64,000 nucleotides of DNA from an uncultured Elusimicrobia bacterium (GTDB lineage Bacteria; Elusimicrobiota; Elusimicrobia; Elusimicrobiales; UBA9959): positions 38,439 through 102,438 of the forward strand of contig CAISZM010000040.1 of NCBI GenBank assembly GCA_903889965.1. The letters are read 5' to 3'. How positions within the stretch are numbered: the first letter of the stretch is position 1; the number at the start of each line of letters is the position of its first letter. A program made the position numbers and the translations under genes. The notes below the pieces were generated by a model, which did not search any database, was not told the DNA's origin, and saw only the letters and a program-made list of their open reading frames with translations. This document shows positions 27,870 to 39,576 of this stretch, in pieces.

Positions 27870-28769
27870 TCACTGGCTGGATTTACCGGCAAAATAGCGC
27901 CGCACGGCGGCCGCGTCGTCGCGTATATGCCTCTCTAGGGATTGGAGGGAGTGGAATTTTCGCTCCGGCCTGATATGCTTCAAAAAAGTAACATGCATCT
28001 TTTCGCCGTATATCATCCGCGAAAAATCAAGCAGGTGCGCCTCCAGAAGCATCCGCGCGCCAGGGGCGTCCACTGTGGGGCGCCTTCCGACATTAACCAC
28101 CGCGTCGAAGACCTCGCCGCACACCCTTACCCTGGCGGCGAAAACCCCGGGCGGAAGGATCTTGGCGGGATGGGAGCCGATATTGGCAGTGGGAAAACCC
28201 AGTTTGCGGCCCAGGCCGGCGCCGCGTATCACGGGACCGGAAACGGAATAGTTCCACCCCAGGCAGCGGTTGGCCTCCTCCACAGCGCCGGCGCGCAGGC
28301 AGGCGCGTATGAGACTCGAAGAGATCTTGTGTCCTGCCCGGCGGGCAAAAGCCACCGGCTTGAAGGCTATTGCCGCTGCGGCGCTTGCGGAGCGCAAGAA
28401 ATCGAGATGGCCCTCACGACCCCTGCCGACCGCGAAATCCGGGCCCACGCACAGTCCCCCGGACCGGAACCTGCCTAGCACAACACCGCTAAAGAAATCC
28501 GAGGCCGTCATCTCGGCGAGGGCGGAATTAAAAGCCAGCGGCTCCACGGAATCCGGGCGCAGGTCCGAAATAAGGCGCTCCCGCTCTTCCGGAAGCGTTA
28601 TAAGGCAATCGGCGCTCTCACCGGAAAAAAAGAATTTTGGGGGGGAAGGGAAATACACGATACGGCTTTTCATCCCGAGCTTCAGCGCCTCGCGCATGGC
28701 TGCGCGTATTATCCTGCGATGCCCCAGGTGGACACCGTCAAAAGTGCCTATGGCGAGGAAATTAAGCAT
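27870..28769 (-). CDS. ribF: bifunctional riboflavin kinase / FMN adenylyltransferase
   Basis: 299 aa with 'AIGTFDGVHLGHRRI' and 'GFPTANI'. It is the last gene of the nusA-infB string. Confidence 0.93.
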   Translation of the reverse strand: MLNFLAIGTFDGVHLGHRRIIRAAMREALKLGMKSRIVYFPSPPKFFFSGESADCLITLPEERERLISDLRPDSVEPLAFNSALAEMTASDFFSGVVLGRFRSGGLCVGPDFAVGRGREGHLDFLRSASAAAAIAFKPVAFARRAGHKISSSLIRACLRAGAVEEANRCLGWNYSVSGPVIRGAGLGRKLGFPTANIGSHPAKILPPGVFAARVRVCGEVFDAVVNVGRRPTVDAPGARMLLEAHLLDFSRMIYGEKMHVTFLKHIRPERKFHSLQSLERHIRDDAAAVRRYFAGKSSQ

Positions 28770-28772
28770 AGT

Positions 28773-29474
28773 TCAGGCCGCCACGGGACGGAGCGCGGCC
28801 AGCACGGACGCTCCCGGCATGGCTTCCAGACCCTCGACGGAAACGGCGTCCGTAACGCTCCAGGGGCCTATGCTGAGGCGGCGGAGCGAAGACAGATGCG
28901 CGCGGGAACCCAGGTATCGGCCCATTTCGAAAGCTATAGAACGGACATATGTGCCCCCTGAACACTGGATCTCGAATTCAAGGACCGGAGGCCTGACGTT
29001 CCATGAAAGCCAGCGCACCTCCACCTCCCTCTTTATCTCCGGCACGACCTCGTTCCGCCTGGCCATCTTATAGAGCGCCTCGCCGCCGCGCCGCACCGCG
29101 GAATAGGGCGGGACGGTCTGGATAATTTTTCCGCTGAAAGCCTCCACCGCCTTTTTAACCGAATCGGCGTCCAGCCGGGGGGGTGGAGCTTCCGCCGTAA
29201 TTTTTCCCTCAGCGTCCCACGTGTCGGTCTCGGTGCCGAACAGTATGGTTCCTCCGTATATCTTTGGAGAGCCCTGCATCCCGGACTGGGCCGATGTGGC
29301 CGACCCCACCAGCATTATAAGCAGGCCGGTAGCCATGGGGTCCAGCGTACCGGTATGCCCGATCCTGCGGAATAAGAGTTTGGCGCGGAGCAGGTCCACC
29401 GCGTCATGGGAAGTTATGCCCCTGGGTTTGTCGAAGAGGAAAAGTCCGGTAGGCCTCGGGGTTGTCTGGTTCAT
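28773..29474 (-). CDS. truB: tRNA pseudouridine(55) synthase
   Basis: 233 aa with 'GLFLFDKPRGITSHD...IGHTGTLDPMATGLL'. Confidence 0.94.
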   Translation of the reverse strand: MNQTTPRPTGLFLFDKPRGITSHDAVDLLRAKLLFRRIGHTGTLDPMATGLLIMLVGSATSAQSGMQGSPKIYGGTILFGTETDTWDAEGKITAEAPPPRLDADSVKKAVEAFSGKIIQTVPPYSAVRRGGEALYKMARRNEVVPEIKREVEVRWLSWNVRPPVLEFEIQCSGGTYVRSIAFEMGRYLGSRAHLSSLRRLSIGPWSVTDAVSVEGLEAMPGASVLAALRPVAA

Positions 29475-30490
29475 GCCAGCAGGCGCGTCAGGACGGCCAG
29501 CACTTTAAGGCGGGCCGCGTGCATGGTTCCCTGGAAGCGGCAGCCGGAGGCGTTGCGGTGCCCGCCGCCGCCGAAGGACTTGGCCACCGCGCTCATGTCG
29601 ATGTGACCGCGGGAGCGGAAGGTGACGCTGATGCGGCCCTTTTCTTCGCGGAACATTACGGCGGCCTTGACGCCGGGCGCCATCATGCCGAAGTTGATGA
29701 CGTTTTCGCTGTGCTCCGGGCGCGCGCCGAAATCCTTAAAATCGGAGAGTTTAAGCGTCAGCACCGCGAGCTTTCCGCCCGCCGTGAATTCCAGGCTTTC
29801 GAGGGCGCGGCCCAATATCTTAAGGGCCTCGCAGGTTTTGGTGGCGTAAAGCAGGTCGTTCACCCGGGAGAACTTAAAGCCCGTCTCCAGCAGCCGGGAG
29901 GCTGTTTCCAGCGTGCGGGGGCTGGTTGCGGGAAAATGAAAGCGCCCGGTGTCCGTGACTATACCGGTGTAAAGGCAGGCCGCCTCGCGCCGCGTAATAT
30001 TCACGTTCATGTTGTAGAAAAGGCGGTGGACGATTTCCGCCGTGGAAGAGGAATGCGGCTCGACGATATTTATGTCGCCGTAGAATTCGGAGGTCTTGTG
30101 GTGGTCGATATTGACCACGGTTCCGGCTTTTTTCAGCACCGTTTCAAGATCGCCTCCGCGCGCCGGAGTGGAACACTCAAGCAGTATCGCCGCGTCGAAC
30201 TTCCCCGAAGGCAGGCTGGCGCGAATACTGCCCGTATGGGGCAGGAAACGCAGGTTGTCCGGCACGGGGTCCTGTGAAAAAAGCCTGACCTTTTTGCCGA
30301 GGCGTTTCAGTACAGAGGCGATAGCCAGCATGGAGCCGATCGTGTCGCCGTCGGGGTTCAGGTGCCCGGCCAGGAAAAAAGTGCCGGAATTCGCTATCAG
30401 TTCCTCGAGGCGTTTGAATTCCTTCTCGAGGTCAAGGGTTCTCATCGGTCTTATCATGCTCGGAGCGTATCTTGGAAAATATCTTCTCAA
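29471..30490 (-). CDS. nrnA: DHH-family phosphoesterase (NrnA-like oligoribonuclease/pAp phosphatase)
   Basis: It has 'HLNPDGDTIGS', 'DHH' ('VNIDHHKT') and C-terminal 'GGGGHRNASG'. The start is uncertain: the internal Met at 30457 or 30445 would shorten the overlap with rbfA. Confidence 0.85.
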   Translation of the reverse strand: MRRYFPRYAPSMIRPMRTLDLEKEFKRLEELIANSGTFFLAGHLNPDGDTIGSMLAIASVLKRLGKKVRLFSQDPVPDNLRFLPHTGSIRASLPSGKFDAAILLECSTPARGGDLETVLKKAGTVVNIDHHKTSEFYGDINIVEPHSSSTAEIVHRLFYNMNVNITRREAACLYTGIVTDTGRFHFPATSPRTLETASRLLETGFKFSRVNDLLYATKTCEALKILGRALESLEFTAGGKLAVLTLKLSDFKDFGARPEHSENVINFGMMAPGVKAAVMFREEKGRISVTFRSRGHIDMSAVAKSFGGGGHRNASGCRFQGTMHAARLKVLAVLTRLLA

Positions 30491-30800
30491 GCCCGGACGC
30501 TTTTTCCGGGGTTTCGTCGTATTTGAACACGATCTCGGGAACGCTCATTAGCCGCAGCTTCTTGAACAGCACTGTGCGTATGTCCCAGGCGTTGGCGTTC
30601 AGGATCCGTTCCTTGCGCTTCTTGTCATCCTCCGTCCCCATCACAGAATAGAAGACATAGAGGATCTTGGTGTCCTTGGTCAGTTCGGCGCCCGTCAGGG
30701 TGAGTATGCCGTTCGAGTTGATGCTGTTCACGTTCCTCAACTGGAGGTTGATCTCCTGCAGGAACAGTTCCTTAAGCCGCTCGTTTCTTTTTGAGCCCAT
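30432..30800 (-). CDS. rbfA: ribosome-binding factor A
   Basis: 122 aa at the conserved position after infB. It has an RbfA-like 'RNERLKELFLQEI...VPEIVFKYDE' pattern. Confidence 0.88.
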   Translation of the reverse strand: MGSKRNERLKELFLQEINLQLRNVNSINSNGILTLTGAELTKDTKILYVFYSVMGTEDDKKRKERILNANAWDIRTVLFKKLRLMSVPEIVFKYDETPEKASGLEKIFSKIRSEHDKTDENP

Positions 30801-30806
30801 TGGGGA

Positions 30807-33222
<2,416 letters not shown>

Positions 33223-33251
<29 letters not shown>

Positions 33252-34581
33252 TTTTCACCTCTTCGGTCTTGGAAGCTTCTTCCTGCCCGGCCTGCTGCCC
33301 GTAGTTAGGATTTTCTTCAATGAATTTCTTGGCCCCGGCCATTATCTTCTGAGCTGTCTTCTCCCCTATGCCTTCGAGGGAGCACAGCTCTTCCTGGGTA
33401 AGCCCCGCCACGGTGCGTATATCCAGCACGTTCATCGTTATCAGGGTCTCGGCTACTTTGGCGCCTATGCCGTCGATCTTAAGCAGGTCCTGCATCGCCA
33501 TATCCGTGGTGCGCTTGTTGTCCTCGGAGCGCTGGCCTTCGGACTTAACCTCTATCTCCCAGCCGGTAAGGCGGCTGGCGAGACGGATATTCTGGCCCTC
33601 GCGGCCGATGGCCATGGCCAGCTGGTCGTCCGGCACTATGATCTGGGCGCGCTTGTTCTCCTTGTCCAGGACCTTCACGGAGCTGACCGTGGCGGGGGAG
33701 AAGGCTTTGGCTATCATCGTGAGGGTGTCCTCGATATAAGGGATAAGGTCTATTTTCTCGTTGGAAAGTTCGTTCATGATGACGCGTATGCGCGAGCCGC
33801 GCATACCCACGCAGGCGCCAACCGGGTCAACCTTCGGGGAGTTGCTGCGTACCAGAACTTTGGCGCGGAAGCCGGGGTCGCGGACGACGTCCACGATCTC
33901 CACCACTTTCTCCGCTATCTCCGGGACTTCTGATTCGAAGAGGGCTTTCAGGAAAGCGCCGGAGGCGCGGGAGAGGACTATCTGAAGCCCCTTGTTCTCT
34001 TTATCCACGCGGTGTATGATGGCGCGCACGCGCTGGTTGACGCTGTAATGTTCGCGGCGTATCTGTTCGGAAAAGGGTAGTATAGCTTCGGCTTTCCCAA
34101 GGTCGACGAAGATGTCGCGGCCGGCGACGTGGTGCACCAGGCCCGTAACCACCTCGCCCTCGCGGGGCTTGTACTCGTCGTAAACGCGAACTTTTTCGAT
34201 CTCGCGTATCTTCTGTATCAGAACCTGTTTGGCGGTCTGGGCCGCTATGCGGGAGAAATCCTGTATGGGCACGGGGATGTGGATATCGTCCCCGAGCTTT
34301 GCCTCGGGCTGGTGAACCTTCGCGTCGGCCAGGCTTATCTCGAGTTCGGGGGTGACCACGGGATCGGCCACTTTCTTCACGAGGAAACCTGCCATTTCGC
34401 CGGTGTCCGGATCTATGCCGGCCATGATCTGCGCCGTCTTGCCGAAATATTTGCGCAGCGCGCTCACCAGGGAGTCGCTGATGGTCTTGAACACGTCCTC
34501 GCGTTTTATGTTCTTCTCTCTTTCCAGCTGCTCAAGCGCCAGTAAAAGCTCCGATTTGTTTTTCTGTTCCTTGTTCGTCAT
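33223..34581 (-). CDS. nusA: transcription termination/antitermination factor NusA
   Basis: 452 aa with S1 and KH blocks ('RDPGFRAKVLV', 'VGACVGMRGSRI', 'AIGREGQNIRLASRLTGWEI'). The 3' end overlaps the infB start by 29 nt. Confidence 0.95.
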
Positions 34582-34652
34582 TTTATACCCCTGTTTTATC
34601 TCGCCATCCGCTTAACGTATTTCCCAGGGCCCGGGGCCCGGGGGGGTGGTGC

Positions 34653-35117
34653 TTATTTTCCCTTCAGGATCTCGTCATCGGCAGGATGCAGCCTCGCCTC
34701 GTCTATATCCTCAAGGTTGAATTTTACGCCGCCGGACAGGGTCAGCTGCCCGTTTTCAAAGCCGTCTATGGCGCCGTAATACACGCGCGCGCCGTTGACC
34801 GGCCGCTTCAGGCGGACCTTGACCTGCTTGCCCGTGAAGCGCTTGAAATCTTTTTCCTTCTTGATCACGCGGTCTATCCCGGGGGAGGAAACCTCCAGGA
34901 AATACCCGTTAGCGTAAAAATCGTTCATGTCCAGGCAGGCCCCGATCTTTGAGCTGAGGCTGCCGCAGTCATCCAGGTTCACACCGCCCTGCTCCCTGTC
35001 CACGAAAACCTGCAGCAGCGGCTTGCCGTTGTGGCTCGCCATGCGCAGGTCCACCAGTTCAAAACCGGTCGGCTCCAGCGTGGCGGATATCGCGCTCTCG
35101 ATTTTAGAGTTGTCCAT
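34653..35117 (-). CDS. rimP: ribosome maturation factor RimP
   Basis: 'LVDLRM...LQVFVD' and 'LEVSSPGIDRVIKKEKDFKRFTGKQVKV' fit RimP. I prefer the Met at 35117 (GGAAGGTG upstream) over the track start at 35171. Confidence 0.88.
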   Translation of the reverse strand: MDNSKIESAISATLEPTGFELVDLRMASHNGKPLLQVFVDREQGGVNLDDCGSLSSKIGACLDMNDFYANGYFLEVSSPGIDRVIKKEKDFKRFTGKQVKVRLKRPVNGARVYYGAIDGFENGQLTLSGGVKFNLEDIDEARLHPADDEILKGK

Positions 35118-35182
35118 AAAACACCTTCCGGGATGGCCTATTACAAAAAAAAGCGGCTGAACTTCAGCCACCTTCCTTAATT

Positions 35183-35211
35183 ATAATAGCAATTTTAGCC
35201 GGATACGACAA
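35183..35211 (-). promoter_or_regulatory. candidate sigma70-type promoter for rimP-nusA-infB (TTGTCG-N17-TATTAT on minus strand)
   Basis: On the plus strand CGACAA is at 35206-35211 and ATAATA at 35183-35188, with a 17-nt spacer. This is the only AT-rich patch in the 370-nt gap. Confidence 0.4.
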
Positions 35212-35541
35212 GGCAAATCGGGTAAAATCGAGGAGAACCGGCGCCTGCCCTGGGGTGGTACGGAGTATCCAACCGCGCCCGTACCATGCAGGGGCGGGGG
35301 ATAAGGCCCTCGCGCTTATTCTCATGGAGCGGATGACGGCGGAACCGGGTTAGCGGGGACCTCCGCAGGCCGAGACTTGCGTAAGCGGCGAGGCTGAGTG
35401 GACTTTGCTTCTCGCGTTCGCTATGGACACCGTGGCGGTTTCGCGCAGCGAAATCCGACAGAGCCGGGGAAGCGCGGGCACGGTGTGCTCGACGCGACCC
35501 CGCGTTCCGGTCCGCCGGCAGGACCCGCGAACCTGCGGCTC

Positions 35542-36945
35542 TTATTTAAGATTACGGGCGAAATACTCGAAGGCCCTGGCAAAAGGCTCCGGAGGCGCGC
35601 TCAGCACCCCCGCGCCCACCTGTCCCACCCCGGCCTTCTTGTGCGCCACACCGGTGTCGATGAAAGGCAGTATGCCGGACCGCGCCGCCTTTATTACGTC
35701 TATACCTGTTGGCGTACCGCGGAAATTCAGGTAAGGGATCTTGTAAATATTATTTTCGCCGGCGGTTATCTCGTACATCGCCAGCGTATAGCTGACCGCG
35801 TCCGCCGCCGTGCCGCCGACGAACTGGACGATAGCCGGCGCCGCGGCGATTGCGAATCCGCCCAGCCCGTTGGTCTCTGTTATCGCTGAGTCGCCTATGT
35901 CCGGATTCGCGTCGGCCTTGGAGTACCCGGGGAAATAAAGCGCGTCCGGCACGGGCGCCGGCCCGGTAAACCAGCGCCCTCCGGTGCCCGAGAGCTGCAC
36001 GCCGAAATCCGTCCCGTTCCTGGCCATCGCGACCACGAGGCTCGAATCCTTAACCCCGCGCCCCGCGTCCAGCGAGGCTTTGGAGAGGGCCATGGACAGG
36101 TTCAGGAAGAAATGATCATTGCCGTTGACGAAGTCCAGAACTTTAGCCGCCGTCTCCGGGTCGCGCGCCGTCCTTATCACCGCCGGCGCGATAGCCCGGT
36201 AGAAGAGCGAAGTGGCGGCGCGGTTGCGATTGTGAACCTCGTCGCCCATATGCAGCGCCTGCGCAACTATAGCCTTAAGGTCGATCTTGCCCAGGAACTC
36301 TATGGCCGCCTTCAGCGCGGGGTACAGCACGGTCTCCATCCACTTAAGCCGCTCTATCACCTCGGGAGAATAGGCGCCGTAGCGCAGCACCTTGCCCAGC
36401 CCCTCGTTCTGCGTGGCGTAGGCGTAATTCCCGGCGGCTTCGTTCTTTACGATAAAAACCGGCATGGAAGCGGAGATGATCCCGGCCATAGGCCCCACGG
36501 CGTTATGCTCGTGGCAGGGCGCGTACTTTATTTTGCCCGAGGCGGCCAGCCGCTCCGCCGCAGCGGGATCCTTGGCCAGGCCTTCGTACATCAAGGCGGC
36601 CATTATCCCGCCGCGCATTGGACCGCACATCCTGCCCCAGGTGACGGGGGGGCCGGCGTGGAGTATAAGGTCCTTCGCCATCCCGGGGATAACGTCCAGC
36701 GCCGTGCCCATGCCCGTCAGGACCGGCCTGGCCTCAAGCACGCGGGCGAGGGCCTTTTTATTTGCCCTCCCTATGCGCGCAGCGTGTCTGGATGTTTTAG
36801 CGAATAGCCCTGCCTCCCCGGAAAGGGGCGGCTTGAATTGCGCCTGTACGCTCTTTACGCCGCAGTCCGATAGCCCCTGCCGGAAAGATTCCAGGCCGAT
36901 GTTGATCACCTTCAACTCCGATCCGAATAATTTTGAAACAGCCAT
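35542..36945 (-). CDS. DUF1116-family protein (E. coli YlbE / AllG-like)
   Basis: 467 aa. It is collinear by eye with my recollection of E. coli YlbE: 'LHAGPP', 'HNAVGPMAGIISASMP', 'GDSAITETNGLGG', 'IDTGVAHKKAGVGQVGAG'. Confidence 0.85.
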   Translation of the reverse strand: MAVSKLFGSELKVINIGLESFRQGLSDCGVKSVQAQFKPPLSGEAGLFAKTSRHAARIGRANKKALARVLEARPVLTGMGTALDVIPGMAKDLILHAGPPVTWGRMCGPMRGGIMAALMYEGLAKDPAAAERLAASGKIKYAPCHEHNAVGPMAGIISASMPVFIVKNEAAGNYAYATQNEGLGKVLRYGAYSPEVIERLKWMETVLYPALKAAIEFLGKIDLKAIVAQALHMGDEVHNRNRAATSLFYRAIAPAVIRTARDPETAAKVLDFVNGNDHFFLNLSMALSKASLDAGRGVKDSSLVVAMARNGTDFGVQLSGTGGRWFTGPAPVPDALYFPGYSKADANPDIGDSAITETNGLGGFAIAAAPAIVQFVGGTAADAVSYTLAMYEITAGENNIYKIPYLNFRGTPTGIDVIKAARSGILPFIDTGVAHKKAGVGQVGAGVLSAPPEPFARAFEYFARNLK

Positions 36946-36992
36946 AAATTCTCCTTTCGATCAGCTGAGACGAATAAAAAGCGACAAACCCT

Positions 36993-38567
36993 TTAAGACC
37001 TTAGGCCTGCGCCCCGTGCCTTGCTCCCTGACAGCCTGATAATTTCCCCGGCCAGGCGGCAGGCCCCGGCGTTAGACGGCATCACCAGCACGCCCGCGGC
37101 CTCAAGCCCTTTCACCACCTTGGAGCGCGTCTGGGGATCGGTCTCGGTGCCGGTTACGGAAGCGATAATGGACAGTTCCCTGTTGCGCAGGAAAGCCTCC
37201 GTAATGGGGGGGGTAATATCCTCCAGCGGCCGCAGGTTAGATCCGTAGCCCAGTACAAGGTCCAGGAGCAGGACCGAAACCTCGGGCTTGGCGGCTTCGG
37301 AAACTATCATTTTACTGCGCAGCGTGAAGTCTATCATCGGGTGCGGCCGCCCTACGGTGAATTCGTCTTCTCCAAGATCTATCACGGCGTGGCCGCTGAG
37401 CTTCATAGAATCCCTGAGCCCGAACTTTTTGTCCAGCGGCGCGTTCGAGCGCACTTCGCCTATAAGCTCCGGCAATATAACCTGCGCTTCGCTGACGAAG
37501 GTGCCGCCGGAAAACAGGCCGCGCAGGCAGCGCGCCTTTTTCTTCTTAGCGGCCTCCGTTTTTGCCAGCTCCCCGGCCTTCAGGTTCATGTCATAAATGA
37601 TCTCCCTGGCTTTGGCAGGTTTCCAGCCTTTGGCCAGGCACACGGCCTTGTACGCGGCCTCTTCAAGCGTTTTGGCCGGGTAAAAGTCGCCTTTTATCTT
37701 TTCCTTTATTTCCCCGCCCAGGAAGACGGCCACTACGGGCTTGCGGATCTTGCCTATTTCCGCGGTTATTTTTTTCAGTATCGAAGGATGGGGGGGCTTT
37801 GAAACTATCACCAGCACCTCCGTGGCCGGGTCCGCGGCCAGCATCCTGAGACCTTCCAGCAGGGTTATTGCCCCGACCTCTATCTTAACGTCGCGCGAGC
37901 CGGTGCCGATAGCCTGGGAAATCCCGGCTCCCTCGTTGGAAATAAGCGCGGAGACTTCCTGCAGGCCGGTGCCCGAAGCCGCCACTATGCCGATATTGCC
38001 GCGCCGCACGGAGTTCGCGAACGCGATCGGCGCCCCGTTTATGATAGCCGTGCCGCAGTCCGGGCCCATAACCAGCAGGCCCCTTTTAACGCCTTCCCTC
38101 TTCAGGGCCACTTCTGTCTCGACCGGGACATTGTCGGAGAAGAGCATCACGTTCAGGCCGTTCTCGAGGCATTGCGCCGCGAGCGCGCCCGCGAACCTCC
38201 CGGCCACCGAGATCACGGCGAGGTTGGCTCCGGCGAGGGTTTTCAGCGCGTCCTCAAGGCCGGCGGCCTTGCGGTCCGAGCCGCCGGAGGACGCCGGTTT
38301 TTTATCAAGCAGCTCTTCCGCGGCCTTCAGCGCCGCCTCGGCGGCGCATATTGTGCGGGCGTTCACGGCGATGGCGAGGTCGTTGTCCGCGGCCTTGAGT
38401 ATCTCGGCGGTAAGCAGGCCGGAGGCCCGTATTATCCCCTTGTTCTCTTTGGTAGCCATGACAACGGCGGAATCTATTACCCCGTCGAGCGCGTTCAGTT
38501 TCTTCGCCACCTGCATCAGCGAAACGGAATCGAAATACGCGCCCTTTCTTATAATCGTCTTTATCAT
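36993..38567 (-). CDS. FdrA-family acyl-CoA-synthetase-like protein (E. coli FdrA / AllF-like)
   Basis: 524 aa. 'MIKTIIRKGAYFDSVSLMQVAKKL' mirrors the FdrA N-terminus. It has succinyl-CoA-synthetase-alpha-like CoA-binding/ligase blocks ('GPDCGTAIING', 'IGIVAASGTGLQE'). Confidence 0.85.
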   Translation of the reverse strand: MIKTIIRKGAYFDSVSLMQVAKKLNALDGVIDSAVVMATKENKGIIRASGLLTAEILKAADNDLAIAVNARTICAAEAALKAAEELLDKKPASSGGSDRKAAGLEDALKTLAGANLAVISVAGRFAGALAAQCLENGLNVMLFSDNVPVETEVALKREGVKRGLLVMGPDCGTAIINGAPIAFANSVRRGNIGIVAASGTGLQEVSALISNEGAGISQAIGTGSRDVKIEVGAITLLEGLRMLAADPATEVLVIVSKPPHPSILKKITAEIGKIRKPVVAVFLGGEIKEKIKGDFYPAKTLEEAAYKAVCLAKGWKPAKAREIIYDMNLKAGELAKTEAAKKKKARCLRGLFSGGTFVSEAQVILPELIGEVRSNAPLDKKFGLRDSMKLSGHAVIDLGEDEFTVGRPHPMIDFTLRSKMIVSEAAKPEVSVLLLDLVLGYGSNLRPLEDITPPITEAFLRNRELSIIASVTGTETDPQTRSKVVKGLEAAGVLVMPSNAGACRLAGEIIRLSGSKARGAGLRS

Positions 38568-38689
38568 ATGTTCTCCATAAAATAGCCGCTACGGCCCGCA
38601 AGCCCCGGATTTATATTCGCAAACAGCAAGCCGCCGGTCACGGGTACCCTGAGCGCCGCACGCACATCCTGTAACGCGCGGCCCGCGGC

Positions 38690-39560
38690 TCAAGGTGCCC
38701 GGAGGACATCCTGGAGCGCGAAGGCCAGCCCGGAGCAGAAATCGGCGCCCGAGGTATGGCCGCTCTGCAGCGCCGCTTTAGCGGCCGCCGCCAGCTCCCG
38801 GCGGTCGCGCCCCGCCAGCGCCAGCATCAGGCGGCGCACCTTGGCGTTGACCTTGCCGGCGTACGAGGAGCTGATAAAAGCGTTGGATATAAAGTTTCCT
38901 CCCTCGGAGTTGAGGAAAACAAGGTCCATCCTCTCACGGGTGTTGAACCGGAGGTTCACGAGCGCGAAATAGTAACCGGCAAGCAGGCCGCTCAGGAAAT
39001 CGTCCCCGGAGGGAGTAAGACCCATGCCTAAACCGCGCATCGTTTTTGCGCCGCGCGCGTAGTCGCCTGTCCGGAAATACGCCGCGCCCTTCTTGAACCG
39101 GGCCAGCATATTCTTTTCGAAAACCCCTGGAGAAATCCTTTTCCAGCGCCGTGTCGAAAATAAAGGCCAGGCTTTTGGGCTTTGAAAAACGGATAAGCAG
39201 GAGTATGAACACCAGCGTATTGCCCAGCACGGTCTCCGGTTCCGTTCCGGCCAGCAGCGGGACCCTGGAGGAATAAAGCGCGGCCGGGTCTTTGCGAAGG
39301 CGGTTTTCGTCGACGTAAAAACAGAACCGGGAGGCGCGGAGACGCTTGGCGCCCAGGGGGAGCTGCTTCATTACGACGTTTAGCGGTCCGGCACCCGTGC
39401 GCGGCGGCACGAGGGAAACTATGAGTTTACCTTTCCTGAAATTTATTGCATTGGCAAAGGCCGAATGCAGACGGTAGTCGCCATCCGGTATGCTGTCGCC
39501 GTATGAGATGAGGTCCATAGTGTGTGCGGGCGCGGGGCCTAAAACAATTCCCGAATTCAT
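38690..39560 (-). pseudogene. DUF2877-family protein (E. coli YlbF / AllH-like) split by a 1-nt frameshift near 39115-39135
   Basis: Track ORFs 38934-39560 (N-terminal part) and 38690-39109 (C-terminal part with 'GLGMGLTPSGDDFLSGLL') overlap in different frames. The junction lies in the G4/T4/A4 runs (minus strand ...TCCAGGGGTTTTCGAAAAGAA...). Removing one base gives one ORF of about 290 aa. Confidence 0.75.
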
Positions 39561-39576
39561 ACCGCGCTGCCCGCTG

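Noticed and set aside
35221-35541. Whether the 370-nt gap is RNase P RNA or tmRNA. The size is about right. 'GAAGCAAAGTCC' on the minus strand and 'GACAGAGCCGG' on the plus strand faintly recall RNase P blocks, and 'GGGGTGGTACGG' faintly recalls a tmRNA 5' end.
   Set aside because: The two RNase-P-like strings are on opposite strands. No GAGGAAAGUCCGGGC-type P4 sequence is present. There is no tRNA-like GGUUCGAAUCC T-arm or CCA-proximal acceptor, and no tag-peptide reading frame. Not supportable by eye.
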